Shown here in pieces: positions 48,046 through 61,767 of a stretch of DNA of 64,000 nucleotides. The notes below the pieces were generated by a model. It saw only the letters and a list, made by a program, of their open reading frames with translations. It was not told where the DNA came from and searched no databases. The DNA is taken from positions 22,692,001 through 22,756,000 of the forward strand of contig OZ249438.1 of NCBI GenBank assembly GCA_965235115.1. Direction: 5' to 3'. The stretch comes from Laetmonice hystrix. Its lineage: Eukaryota. The translations under genes were made by a program, and so were the position numbers. Positions within the stretch are counted from its first letter, which is position 1. Each line of letters opens with the position of its first letter.

Positions 48046-50039
48046 CTCAGGCGTCACCTGTCTCCTGAAACCGTCGCCAACCCCGGCAGATGGTGTGGGT
48101 CGAGACTCCAAGCCTCTCAGCAATGCGATGGACCTTCATCCCTCCTTGCCTCAGCTCCACCATCATCTTCCGCTGATCTTCATTGACGTCCTTCCTACGA
48201 CCCATGGTGACGACGACGTTGTTGTAAATGAACTTTTTAAGATATAGAAATTGGCGTTTTCCTATCGAGATTTCCATTTTTTGGAATGACACATTCAATT
48301 TTGTATGCAGGACTATATATCGGACTAAACTTTTGTCCAGTATGTGTAGGTATTAATCTCAGAATACAACTCGTGTACAGGGTATTCCGGTAATAACCCT
48401 GGGACCAGCAAAGGCCTTTTGAGGTATTATCTTAACCTTGCAGGATATTGAAGAGAAATCATGTCGTACACGGTGCGATATTAACGCACTATTTCCTCAA
48501 CCCGTTCGCGAGAGGCCTGGACAGGGGCGACCTTGTGATGATAAAACGTTCATAGATCATGCTGAAAGGTTTTCATCTGTCATATAATCTCTACAAAATA
48601 TGCCCTAGGGTCAGGTGTTAGGGGCTATGGGCGTCGGCCAACTCATTCTGGTGGTAGCTTTAATCTTCTACACTCATCTTCCAAGCAACTTCATCAGCAA
48701 AAATAAATGGAACCAAAGGAGGATTGGCCATAAGACCAACAAAGGAAATGCTACATTATACCCCCAAAAAAATGTTCAATAAGCCTAAGCAAAGAAATAT
48801 ACGCAATCAAAAGGTACAGTTTTCTGAGATCAACCGGGTCGGTCAAAAGACTAATGCCCCCTCAATGCATGAAGTTTGGGATTACGACCCCCGACCCTAG
48901 CTGACATAAGAGGCACCGAATCGGGCGAGGGTTGAGATAACAGATTGATCTGTATGGTGTACGGGGTTGTATCCTTCCAGTACCAATCTCTCAGTGGCCC
49001 TCCATTGGGTGCATTGGGTGAATCAAACACCACATTCCCGCCAGTCTATTGCGTCCAACAAACAATTGAAATCCTCCTCCATGTCATTTTGCTGCCAATA
49101 ATCAGACAGAGAGCTCTCCAACACAAAGCCCCTACACAACGCACACTAGGCGGACAGTCTGTACGTGAATACAACCATCGACTGGTCTTTTTGTACGCGA
49201 CCTTTACAAGCTGGATCACTGTTGACCGTTATAACCTCGGCTGGCCACTTAGACACAGCAACACCTGTCCGATCACGCTAAACAGACGCACCAATTGGTT
49301 ATGTGTCGGAGAATATCGACCGAATGGTGACCAAGGTCGTTCTATCGGCTATTAGAGGGATCGGTTTGCAAACACAGACGCCTCAAGGCGTGCCTAAGTG
49401 CCGGGATCCAGATATCACGTGTGTCTCTGCTGGAGAGGATATGACGTCACCGAGAGCAAGAGCTTCAGGACTGAAGGCTATGGACGCTGATTCAAACAAC
49501 GAGAAATGAGCAGATTTCGTCCCGTGAATAAGTGACATTACTTTTGAGAAAATTGAGTTTGAAACTTTGAGGAACTGTGAAAAATCAGTCATTGAAGGAA
49601 ATTCGCCATGCACACAGTTGTATTTGTTACATTAGTCCTAAGGGTTGTAGAGTTTCTATTTTCAGTATAGAACTACATGGGGTACCTCTATAATACGTCA
49701 CGATGAAAACAACAGCTTTCACCAGGAATGTCACGACCTTGGGTTATTCATGGGATGATTTCTATAAGAACCTGCGGTTGGTTGTCGACCCTGTGTCCGC
49801 TTCAGTTATACTGCCGTTATCGTGGTCATTCAGAGACACAACACGAAGGAACGACCGAAGATTTAGTAAAGCGGCTGCCGTAATCTGTTTGACGTAAAGA
49901 TCCAGAGGTTAGCCTCGTCCCTCATCTTTATTATATATAGGCCCTACCGGTGGTTGTATTCAGCGATTTCAAGGCCAATACAATCGTATCTGATGCTTTA
50001 TTTGACACATAAGATGTCATACCAAGATATATGCCTGGG

Positions 50040-50146
50040 GTGTTTTGTTGAGTATTTACTTTTGACCCTGGGGTCCCTGACAATATTATACAGTGTTTTG
50101 TTGAGTATTTACTTTTGACCCTGGGGTCCCTGACAATATTATACAG
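50040..50146. repeat. Perfect 53 bp tandem duplication
   Basis: GTGTTTTGTTGAGTATTTACTTTTGACCCTGGGGTCCCTGACAATATTATACA x2. Confidence 0.95.
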
Positions 50147-52491
50147 ATTGAACCTGGAGCCTCTCAAATGAGTCTTTACGACGCTCGAAAACACCATTTG
50201 AAACTTATGGCCGAAACTAAAACTCTACCATGAAAAACACCTCTAGTCCATCATACGTTTCAAAGGTGCCTCGATAGCTTTAAGTATTTTGCAGTGAACA
50301 TAAAACGCCTGCTGCAAAGCGACACGCACGAACCTCGGCGCAAACAGCATCCGTCGAAATCAGAGCTCGGCATTTGTGTAATAATGAGCACGTGCCAAAA
50401 CCTAGTCTGTGCGCCGAGCTGACCCCCGAACGCATATCTAAGGCCATTGCAATCCGACCCTGTCATTTAGCCTTGCAATTGAAACACTGTCAAAGTTCCT
50501 TGATGTCCGCATCTTTCTATAGCCTCGGCATTCCTGCATACAATTCTACCCTATGGACCGGACACTACTGTGTCATTAGCTAAACGTTAAATAAGGGTGG
50601 CTTACTATTTCAAAGTCACAACTCTAACCATTTATGCAGTTTATAACGGACGTTTTGGGCCTTTGTAGCGGAACAAATGATAGACATATCTTTACGATCT
50701 GTCTATCATACGACGTAAATACAAGGACCGTTTTCACAGCTTTTCAATTTACACGTGAACTTTGTAACCTTGCCAACATTGGATATTATATTTTAATGCT
50801 CAACACAAGGCAGGCTGACTGGCGGCACTGTGGCTCACTAGCGGATCTAACTAGTGACTACACCCCGGCGACGGTCAAGGTGCGAACCCTGTTGATTTAA
50901 GGAAGTGCTTTTATCCTGTAGAACAATCAATCAATGACATAAACCTTTCCCATTGACACATAGGTCTATAAGTACACGTATCTAGAACTGCATGTCGTGC
51001 AAAGTCTAAATCATTTTGCCACTAATTTCAATAACACCTACCCATATGTACAATGTTGATTATGTTTGTCTATACATTAATGAAAAAGACACGCAAAGGG
51101 TTTATAGGCAAGCGGTGTTTCTCCCACAGGTACACGATCATTTATACAGGTAGAGATATATGTGTACATACGGTACGGCAGGAGGACATCAAAAGGAGCA
51201 CGCGTATAGACCTGTCTGCCACCTGACGCAGGCACCTGACAACCTACCTCCCCCTGACACGCCCTCACCGTGGGAATCTTGTGATCATGGGCACCGCTAC
51301 CACCTTAACTTCAGACATACATCTCAGCTACCTTGGCCATATCTAAAAGCGGAACAGGTTTGTATATACCTGATGGTTTATTGCGATGTAACGTTTTCGT
51401 CAGGATCAGAGCACACTTTGACAATTTATGCCGGAAAAAGGCCATCATTATACTTTATAATTATTAACACTTAGGACAAATAAATGTTTCCCTGCATGTT
51501 ATACCTGCGCATAAGAACATACCGTACGCATGTGACTATGCTATATGACGAGAGAAATAACAACAAAATACAGAGAAGAAAAGACAGCACCTCAAGCATA
51601 AATCATTCTCAGACATCGGCACAGTAAAAGATGTCTACACCTAAATGAGTTTCATTCAGAGTACTGAAATACCAATACCTCATTAGTTATAGAAAACCCC
51701 CTCAAATAATCCCCCATCAATAGCTCACATACATTGTCTGTATAGTCTATATAAATATAACCGTAACCATTGACCTCAAACGGTAGTCTGTAGTCGGCCC
51801 CGTGCTATCCTTCAGTGGTCAGTGTCTGAACGTTCACGGAGCAGCACCCCGTCAGTCAGGCTAGGCTATCAAATGACCACCCATACTAATTTGCAGCCGG
51901 TAGTTCACCTTTGGCGGTAAGATCAAAGACACATCACCTTGACAAGCCGTATAGTGGTTGGATATCAAGGCGGGCAAGGTGAAGACAGGCGATGGAAGGG
52001 GACGCCTCCACTGGAACACGTCCCTGGACTATACACATGACTACTCCAGCCGAATACTCGGACAGGAGTTCACATATAGCAAGACTTACGCCATGTCTGG
52101 TTAAGGCCATCTGCTTCTAACGGGTTGAATATAATTCTAAAGATTTAAAAGTGCCATCTTCTTGGTTATACTGGCGCCTTCATGTGTAGAGAATACTTAT
52201 ACACATGAGGATATGGACAGGGTGGCATGGTCCTTGACTTCCCATGGTGAACTCGTGATTATAACACGTCACTCTCATGTCATCGTATACTGCCATCTCC
52301 AGGTACATATACCTTTGTTAAATTCTCTCGAATTCTAGAGAACCTGGGGAGAATTTGAAGGAATGGAACGTTGAAAAGTAATGACTTTGCAATTTAATAA
52401 AGTAAAACAGATTTATTGGTATCCCCTTTTAATTGAGTGCATGGTTGAATGAACGGGAGGTGAGGCGGAGACCTATTGTCTCGGAGAGCTC

Positions 52492-54368
52492 TATAACAGT
52501 ATACATGTGTACACCGATCAGTACCACTATCCAAGGTACCCCCAGGCTATACGTAGGTATTATTATAACAGTATACATGTGTACACCGATCACTACCACT
52601 ATATCCAAGGTACCCCCAGGCTATACGTAGGTATTATTATAACAGTATACATGTGTACACCGATCAGTACCACTATCCAAGGTACCCCCAGGCTATACGT
52701 AGGTATTATTATAACAGTATACATGTGTACACCGATCACTACCACTATCCAAGGTACCCCCGGCTATACGTAGGTATTATTATAACAGTATACATGTGTA
52801 CACCGATCACTACCACTATCCAAGGTACCCCCAGGCTATACGTAGGTATTATTATAACGGTATACATGTGTACACCGATCACTACCACTATCCAAGGTAC
52901 CCCCAGGCTATACGTAGGTATTATTATAACAGTATACATGTGTACACCGATCACTACCACTATCCAAGGTACCCCCAGGCTATACGTAGGTATTATTATA
53001 ACGGTATACATGTGTACACCGATCACTACCACTATCCAAGGTACCCCCAGGCTATACGTAGGTATTATTATAACAGTATACATGTGTACACCGATCACTA
53101 CCACTATCCAAGGTACCCCCAGGCTATACGTAGGTATTATTATAACGGTATACATGTGTACACCGATCACTACCACTATCCAAGGTACCCCCAGGCTATA
53201 CGTAGGTATTATTATAACAGTATACATGTGTACACCGATCACTACCACTATATCCAAGGTACCCCCAGGCTATACGTAGGTATTATTATAACAGTATACA
53301 TGTGTACACCGATCACTACCACTATCCAAGGTACCCCCAGGCTATACGTAGGTATTATTATAACAGTATACATGTGTACACCGATCACTACCACTACCCA
53401 AGGTACCCCCAGGCTATACGTAGGTATTATTATAACGGTATACATGTGTACACCGATCACTACCACTATCCAAGGTACCCCCAGGCTATACGTAGGTATT
53501 ATTATAACGGTATACATGTGTACACCGATCACTACCACTATATCCAAGGTACCCCCAGGCTATACGTAGGTATTATTATAACAGTATACATGTGTACACC
53601 GATCACTACCACTATCCAAGGTACCCCCAGGCTATACGTAGGTATTATTATAACGGTATACATGTGTACACCGATCACTACCACTATCCAAGGTACCCCC
53701 AGGCTATACGTAGGTATTATTATAACAGTATACATGTGTACACCGATCACTACCACTACCCAAGGTACCCCCAGGCTATACGTAGGTATTATTATAACGG
53801 TATACATGTGTACACCGATCACTACCACTATATCCAAGGTACCCCCAGGCTATACGTAGGTATTATTATAACGGTATACATGTGTACACCGATCACTACC
53901 ACTATCCAAGGTACCCCCAGGCTATACGTAGGTATTATTATAACAGTATACATGTGTACACCGATCACTACCACTATCCAAGGTACCCCCAGGCTATACG
54001 TAGGTATTATTATAACGGTATACATGTGTACACCGATCACTACCACTATCCAAGGTACCCCCAGGCTATACGTAGGTATTATTATAACAGTATACATGTG
54101 TACACCGATCACTACCACTATCCAAGGTACCCCCAGGCTATACGTAGGTATTATTATAACAGTATACATGTGTACACCGATCACTACCACTATCCAAGGT
54201 ACCCCCAGGCTATACGTAGGTATTATTATAACAGTATACATGTGTACACCGATCAGTACCACTATCCAAGGTACCCCCCAGGCTATACGTAGGTATTATT
54301 ATAACAGTATACATGTGTACACCGATCAGTACCACTATCCAAGGTACCCCCAGGCTATACGTAGGTAT
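52492..54368. repeat. Minisatellite, 72 bp unit, about 26 copies, with partial higher-order (290 bp) structure
   Basis: Unit ATAACAGTATACATGTGTACACCGATCACTACCACTATCCAAGGTACCCCCAGGCTATACGTAGGTATTATT; the +TA variant recurs at 53251, 53541 and 53831. Confidence 0.98.
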
Positions 54369-56157
54369 AGTATTATTCTCCACTATAGCCTTGCGTACAC
54401 CCCTCTACCCGGTAAACACCACTGTGTACTTTGGGTTCTTCCCTAACCCAGATTATACCCCTGCATTGGGGTTGAACTGAGCTCATTAATTCATAAGGAT
54501 ATTTTCATACATGTATACGTTAATCGATCAGTAAGTTACAACTCCACGTTCTACCATCGTATGAACTGGGCAGGGGGTCGGGAAGGATATTGATTTCTGG
54601 GAGGTTCTAAAGCAGAGCAAACCCCCATGAGACCCCTGGGAATTAGTGCCATCCTCAGCACATGTTCTAAATCCTGTTTTACAGTTCAATAGACTACCGG
54701 TGTCTAGCAATATTCAAATATTGTAATTCGTCCATTAGATGCGCCTGTGACGCTTGTAGCCGACGCCTCTGAACGTGCCCAGGTGGCGCAGGTCACGGAG
54801 CCAACCAGAGTGGGATCGATAACGATAAAACGTCCACCTTTTGTCTGTAGACGTCTCCGCTATGTGTATAGGTGTATAGGACTGGGGTGGATGAGGGAAG
54901 CTTTGTCTCCTGCCTCTCCATCCTCCCACCGGTTATAATTGGTATTTGGCACGGTCAGATCTGAGCTGTCCAGGCTCGGGTTAATGATCAACCTAGCGCC
55001 GATCACGGCCTGAGGACTCGCAGCCTCGGACCTGTTGGCTCGACCAGTGCCGCCTTGGCAGGCTCAGTAAGGAGGTGCTCATCTCTATATAGGAACAGAC
55101 CCAGATTTCAGTGATTAGCATTATATACAATCCACCACTGAGACACGCATAGGTCCTTGAAGTTACCCGCGCCAACATCTCAGTGACTAGGGCAGTCAGG
55201 CAGAGACCCCCCTAGCTATAGACAGGTGGGCAGGCGACAAACAACTTCCATTTGACTTCTTTTGATCCGTTTCATGTTGTGGTCTGTGCCCAACCTCTAG
55301 GATGTCCATGCCATTTGAATATTAGTATCACGGCGCCTGCCTGCTGGATGGGGCACTCGGAAATAAATTGCGTCGCCGTGAAGTTATCAAGCCAATTTTG
55401 TCGGCAGAGTAACGCACGACAGGGAGATCATAGTGTAAGAAAAGCGGCATGTTCTCCCAGATATTCTTTTGTCTTCAATGATCATTTGCCAGGTTCGGTT
55501 GCCACTGATGATGCACAGGGAGCTCCAAACTTCGTGACATGGCAAATAAAGAGTCTATGCCACACGCCATGCCCTACCCGGCTCCGGCATAATAAGAATT
55601 TAAAATATCGCATGATCCGACTGTATGGTTACCATACCACGCGCATGCAGGTATGCAGAGTCATAGTCTCTATCTGCATGGGAGGGTGCGCTAAGCTGAA
55701 TTTAATGATTTCAAAAAATGTCAGGATAATGTATACGGTATAGCAACCTCATATGTCATAGATAGACCGTAAAAAAGTATGTGCGACAATAAATATGCAT
55801 GCTATATGAAAACAAGCAGAGTCGCGGCAAACTTATATAAGGTTGAATGATGGGAATATTTCAACAGGAACTTTCCCAAATTATGTCATCAAATCAGTAT
55901 TGGAGTCCTACATCTGCGCAATGGCATTGGATGGACCTAGTTAAGGGTTAGACACAGAGTGCACAGGAGTGGAATTCGGAGAACTATTCCATATAAAAAA
56001 GGTCGACAAGAAGAAACGTTATGTATTATAGATCGATCTGACGCCTCGATAGGTGGACTCGGACGTGGAGATATATCCCTTGTTAAACTGTGTTTGATCA
56101 CTAATAAAACACGACGATCGTGACATGACTAGCTGCTCGTATCGGCTCGTGTCAATC

Positions 56158-56675
56158 ACTCTCAGACTGGAGAATGGTCTGAGTGTAGGTCAGTGTGAAC
56201 TGATCTCAATGTTATCTGACTGACTCTCAGACTGGAGAATGGTCTGAGTGTAGGTCAGTGTGAACTGATCTCAATGTTATCTGACTGACTCTCAGACTGG
56301 AGAATGGTCTGAGTGTAGGTCAGTGTGAACTGATCTCAATGTTATCTGACTGACTCTCAGACTGGAGAATGGTCTGAGTGTAGGTCAGTGTGAACTGATC
56401 TCAATGTTATCTGACTGACTCTCAGACTGGAGAATGGTCTGAGTGTAGGTCAGTGTGAACTGATCCCAATGTTATCTGACTGACTCTCAGACTGGAGAAT
56501 GGTCTGAGTGTAGGTCAGTGTGAACTGATCTCAATGTTATCTGACTGACTCTCAGACTGGAGAATGGTCTGAGTGTAGGTAGGTGTGAACTGATCTCAAT
56601 ATTATCTGACTGACTCTCAGACTGGAGAATGGTCTGAGTGTAGGTCAGTGTGAACTGATCTCAATGTTATCTGAC
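56158..56675. repeat. Minisatellite, 65 bp unit, 8 copies
   Basis: Unit ACTCTCAGACTGGAGAATGGTCTGAGTGTAGGTCAGTGTGAACTGATCTCAATGTTATCTGACTG, near-identical copies. Confidence 0.98.
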
Positions 56676-59600
56676 ATGTCGTAAGTCGACCACCGAGTAT
56701 GTCGTACATATCACAATGGACGTGGTATAAAGGCCGGAAGCTATCCTCGCTAACATCCGACAAGAACACACAGGAAGAATTGAGTGTAATGTCATGTCGG
56801 TCCGCTCATCGCAATGTTCATCAAAGAGCAAGCCTGGTGTAAATTATCCAGGTGGATGTCTTATCGGTAAGGTTGTTGTGTGAACCATTCTTCCCGCCTG
56901 ATGTTACTTCTATCGATAAGACACCGCTGCTGTAGGTAAGAGCCCTGTCCAATCACAAAAAAATATCAGACGAGTTGGAAAAACAGAAGTGTGCAGGTGC
57001 GGAGACACTTTGATGCCTATCTTGATTGATTCATGATTTTCTTCAGGCATGGCTGAGTCAGATTGGCTTGCTCCCCATCAACAACGACTATGTAGCTTTT
57101 AGTGAACTGGACATTGGTTGAAAACGTGCGCATCTTTATCGACCACAGTGACATACAAGAAGACGGTAAAGATGCGTCTACAAGTTTTATAAGTTTATAA
57201 GGTGTGTGTAGATTCAGCGTGGTCTGAATCGTGTAGTATAGTGTAGGAGCACGCTACAAGATTGATAAGAGAAGTTGGTATTTGTTTCGGCCGTGTGTTC
57301 ACAATAGATGGAAGGCGGCGGCTATACGTCCCTCAGTGATCAAAGATAACCCGACGAGGTGTAGGCGGCTCCTAGATTTCAGTGCAGGTGTTTTTCCTAC
57401 ATAAATCCCGTACGACACGGAGCCCGTGAAGGCCGTCCCAGCTACAGTGATGCATGGCCACAAGTCGAGCAGCGCTGTGAGGGTCAGGCGCCGAGCGTTG
57501 GCCTCCGTATCCCATGGGGTTCTGAACTTTACCCCGCTCCCCACTCCTCACCCCCTCACCCTCGCCTCGTGCACTCCGAGACACTTGGGTTGTTATCAGC
57601 AGTACAGATATTGACGATGATTCACGTCATAATCCAGCCTCTCACAAACAAATAAAAGTCACTTTATACGGGGTTAAAAATGCACGCATGGCGACCACGA
57701 AATAAAAACAATAAAGAGATGAACGTCTCCATTTCTACCGGTGCGGTCTGGGTGTGTAATGACAATTTCGTGAGAAGTACTTTTAATAAAGAGGGTGTTC
57801 ATAAGAACCACACCTGTTGTCTGTTTTATTGGGAATATTCATAATTGCGCCCTTTTTCATAAAGCCGTCATATTCTACCCCAACTCGTCAAATCGGGTTT
57901 CATCTCCAATCTTTGATTAAGAAAATTGATCGTGGTCGGGAGGCTAATGTACTTTTAGCAGTGCCCTAATGTGCAATAAAGTGTAAGCATAGACCTCATT
58001 TTAGCTCAATTAGGAGAAAGTGTCCAGTTTCGGGCCTCGGCAAAGGAGTCAATTGGAGAGCGCCAAACGATCTGTTGTTTCGGTCCCTTCCTCGCCAAAG
58101 TAATGTTTGCTCCGTCCTCACAAAAGTGCCTCGGCGTTTGCGCCTGGTAGCCACAAAACAACTCTACAAACAGCCGTACATGACAGAAACAAGAACCAGC
58201 GCAACATTGCAGTGAATATATGGCGTTTACGTTGTAATAGAATCATTAAAACCGCCTGCCTGTCAATAGCGGGTGCAATTTCCACCCCAGCCTGGCTTGG
58301 ACGGAATCGACATCAGGGCCGCCTTTCACGTCGGCTGAACAAACTGGCGATCGTGATTTTTGGAAATATGGCGTATCTATCCACAAACAAAGTCGTCTCA
58401 AACTTATTCGTTAAAAATCGTTCATGGGAACGGATGTGAACAGTCAAAGAGAATTTGTGGCGGTTTCTGGGGCCGATCGTTGAGGGTGAGATCTGGTGGG
58501 GGAGAGCGGGGTAGGGTGTAGGGTAGAGGGGTGGCAGCCGATACCCGATCTCAGCCGCCACCCTCGCTTGACAACCTGTGATTGACAGCGCATATTTCTT
58601 TCTCGGTTTACTGGTGATATTTTGAGACGGCCTCTGATTGATATCATCTGTGAGAGAGTCTAAATAAACAGGAATGGAGACGAGCCGATAAAGATACGCT
58701 ATCAGTGTTGCCTAACGTCAGAAAACCGACGGAAAACGAAACCGACAGCTCCCTTGGTTCGGTCCGGCTTGGTGTGTCACTCTCCCACCCCGGCCACGTG
58801 TAGGCCCCGTCAAATTCTGACCAAATTACACCCCTTCGCCAGAACTGAATTCCCCTGAAAATTTTCTCTAGGGGGTTACGGGGTTCTTGGTGCGAGTCGG
58901 TTCTGGTCAGGCGTGGGGTGGTGATCTCATTAAGAGTGGTCACAATCGGGTGTTGGCATCGACTTGTGGGTGGCGTTTTCACATTGAAAGCACGTCGTCC
59001 AGGGACGTCCGTTAATTAAGAGCGAAACCTTTATCAGCACACAGCCCCGCCTCCAGTTGTCCGATGTCAAATTGGACAAGGCGCGTGAGGCGCCCGCCAT
59101 GTGCGTGTTGGCGGTGTCAGTCACTTCTGACCGACTGATCGACTTTCGGCCACGTTGCCATCCGTCCACAGTCTCCCCCTTCCTCCTCCTGCCACCCCTC
59201 ACCCCTACCCCACCCCTACCCCACCCTGCAACCCCAGCCGGATCCTGGGGGTGAAAGGTGAAGCCCGTTTTACCCGTAACTCGCTCGGTTTTACCATGAC
59301 TGACCCCTATAACGTGGTCGGCGTGGAGCTGGCGGGTCTCTGGCGGAAGGTCGTAACCTTTGCCGAGGTGTTGTTTTCGGTATTGTTGACGATACCTACT
59401 ACAGGCTGAGGAGGTTTCCGAATTTTACATGTAAACCAACATGAGTTGTATCCTCTGTGATATATGTATACGTTGTGTTGCCATATACCACACACATACC
59501 TTTAACATGTTTGGCGTACATAAAGACAAGCAGACTGCCATCGATAAGAGAACCATATATCCTTGCCTAGTTCATGTAGCAGTATACCTTTCGGAACATA

Positions 59601-61499
59601 TTTATTTAATCTTCAAGTGGTTGAGTAGCTACCCTGAGTAGGGGTCTATAACAGACGTCTGCTGAAAGGCAAGGACGCAAAGCCTGTTAAAAAGCATGCG
59701 TCAACGGCAGTAGTATGGCAGTCAGTAAATGATCAACATGTGTGGCGCGCCCGAGTCTCGCCGGCAGATATATTCTCCGCTGGCACACTGTCAAGTCGGT
59801 AGCAGGTCTCAGAGATCAGTTCGCTCGTATACTGCTCCTAGCCCTTTGTTCCAAGCAAATTCCCATTGTTTATTTCTGTATTAAATTGACTTGTGTTCGG
59901 GCAATTGACTATGCTCTAATCTATATTATGTCGTCTTTTAGAGACAATAGGGGAATCTATTTCCCTCAAAACTGCACGTGTACATTTAAATGCCCCAGCA
60001 ACATTTAACTCTTTCTTACTATACACCCAGAATATATAGTTACCCTAATGGACACTTACATTAAGGCTATTCTCCATGATGTATGCAGTATAATATATCC
60101 CTATAATGCACTGTAACCTACTCTATTAGTGCTTACATATGATATTCAGATTTAACAAATATTAAGCTTATGGAAAAGCTTAAGAATAGTCAGCAAAAAC
60201 AGCAACATACACAAAAATGCTTATTAAGGTAGTCCTATGAGATATGTCTAGTTTTTATCCTTATATTATAGGTTTATGCACAGCCATGCTTGCAAATACA
60301 CGTTATATTTCTTCTTGTAGAAGTCAGGGCACGGATTAGCCACTATCTCTGCCTATATCTCCTTGATCGGTGTTGAAATCCTAATCAGACAGAGCAGACA
60401 GCTCCGTCGTGCAACTCTGTGGATCCATTTCTGTGAATCCTTTGATCACTGGCCCTCAGCTATGTGTTACTATCGGCCTGCCATGGTTTGCGTTTAGGTT
60501 GCCCGATCTGGCACTAGTAAGGAAGACAAACAAAAGTGATCCACTAGTTTGTACGGGAAGGATAATAAACTTGGCGGGATATCGTTCGGTGCTGCCGGTC
60601 CGGTTAACTTGGTGCCGGTGGCAAATTTAAAAGATCAACACCGCGTGATGTCGCCACAAGTCGGCGGATCGGGCCGAGACGGCCTGGAATGTACACACTT
60701 TATCCGAGTCCGGCTAGATTCACCCAGCTGGCATGGAGCGGCCAGATAGCCGATGTCCTCCTAATAAAGATATTAGAAACAGTTATCAAAAGATTGTTTT
60801 TAATGGATTTGTTATCCCCTTTCTCTATATTTACACGCCCAGTCATTTTCTTGTGTGTGTGCTTTATACATCCATAGGGGCACTGTGACAGTGTCTGTGG
60901 AGTTCTCGAAGCGTGGGAAAAAACTGTGACTCTATAGAGAAGTCATGCCAATATGGTCCCAGGGCACTGAATCGTATTGCATTCATTACCAAGATAAAAC
61001 ATTTCCGCTAAAGTAAGCGATATATGTTTACGCCCTTTCATGTCGTCTGCTGAGTAACGTTTAAGTACTGCAGACAATACCCAAACACGCTTGGATGGCG
61101 TATCTTGCCAGATGCAGACAGCGAGCATATTGCAAACAGGGGCACTTTGAAACGCACTCATTATGATATCAATTGAATAATTGCACAAATTGACGTAAAC
61201 GCGTAACAAGACTCGCACGCCAAACCGTTCCTGCTATCATCATTTGGTCGTCACCAGCAAAGGTTTAATTTCTGCTGTTCAGATGAATGTCGATACAAAG
61301 ATTAAAATCTAGTGTAAAAATTGCTGCTGATATGAACCCTCGTGGGCTAATCCATCATCTCTTTGTCGCTTTCAAAGTGTTTGGTTCTCTTGGTGCCAGG
61401 TATAGGAGTTAGTGATCAGCGCCACCCGCAGCCGACGGGGCCAAATGTCAAACGGATACAGCATGGCAGGTCTATATGTCAATTATACTAGACCCGGGA

Positions 61500-61696
61500 C
61501 AGGCCCGTAATTCCGGGCGGGGAGGGGGGGGGGCAGGGGGCAGGGGCCTTAAGCCCCCCCCCCCCCAATATTTTCAGTGGTGGCTTTACTAGTTAATTTA
61601 CCATGGAGAATCTTACTCTGTTCGCATATATCTCCCTCAATAATTCAATGGGAATCATAGAGCCCCCTCAATAATTGGATGGAAATTACGGGCCTG
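61500..61696. mobile_element. Small TIR element (CAG...CTG ends) with a 5 bp target-site duplication, hAT5-like
   Basis: TIRs CAGGCCCGTAATT (61500-61512) / AATTACGGGCCTG (61684-61696); CGGGA immediately outside both ends (61495-61499 and 61697-61701); internal G and C runs. Confidence 0.75.
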
Positions 61697-61767
61697 CGGG
61701 AACAAGAGAATTGTTCTACAGACAGTGTACGGCGCCGGGGTTGTGAAATGTCCAACTCATTAAACAG

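Larger units (their letters stand above)
46860..48348 (-). mobile_element. Degenerate Tc1/mariner (Tc1-type DDE) transposon remnant, 3'-truncated, interrupted by an insertion
   Basis: Upstream end TA-CACATACTGGACAAAAGTTTAGTCCG (48321-48348) resembles Tc1 TIRs; N-terminal HTH MGRRKDVNEDQRKMMVELRQGGMKVHRIAERLGVSTHTICRGWRRFQETG from ATG at 48205; then RSGRPQTTTRRDDR, DEWRFNLGFNDGR, VMVWGCI, FQQDNAPVHKA and WPAQS, with stops and frameshifts; ends before the PDLNPIE motif; no second TIR found. Confidence 0.93.

Noticed and set aside
52433-54446. Tyr-rich or hydrophobic ORFs (YTDHYHYPRYPQ..., GVPWIVVVIG...)
   Set aside because: Overlapping ORFs on both strands from a 72 bp unit; frames break at +2 variants; no splice or start context.
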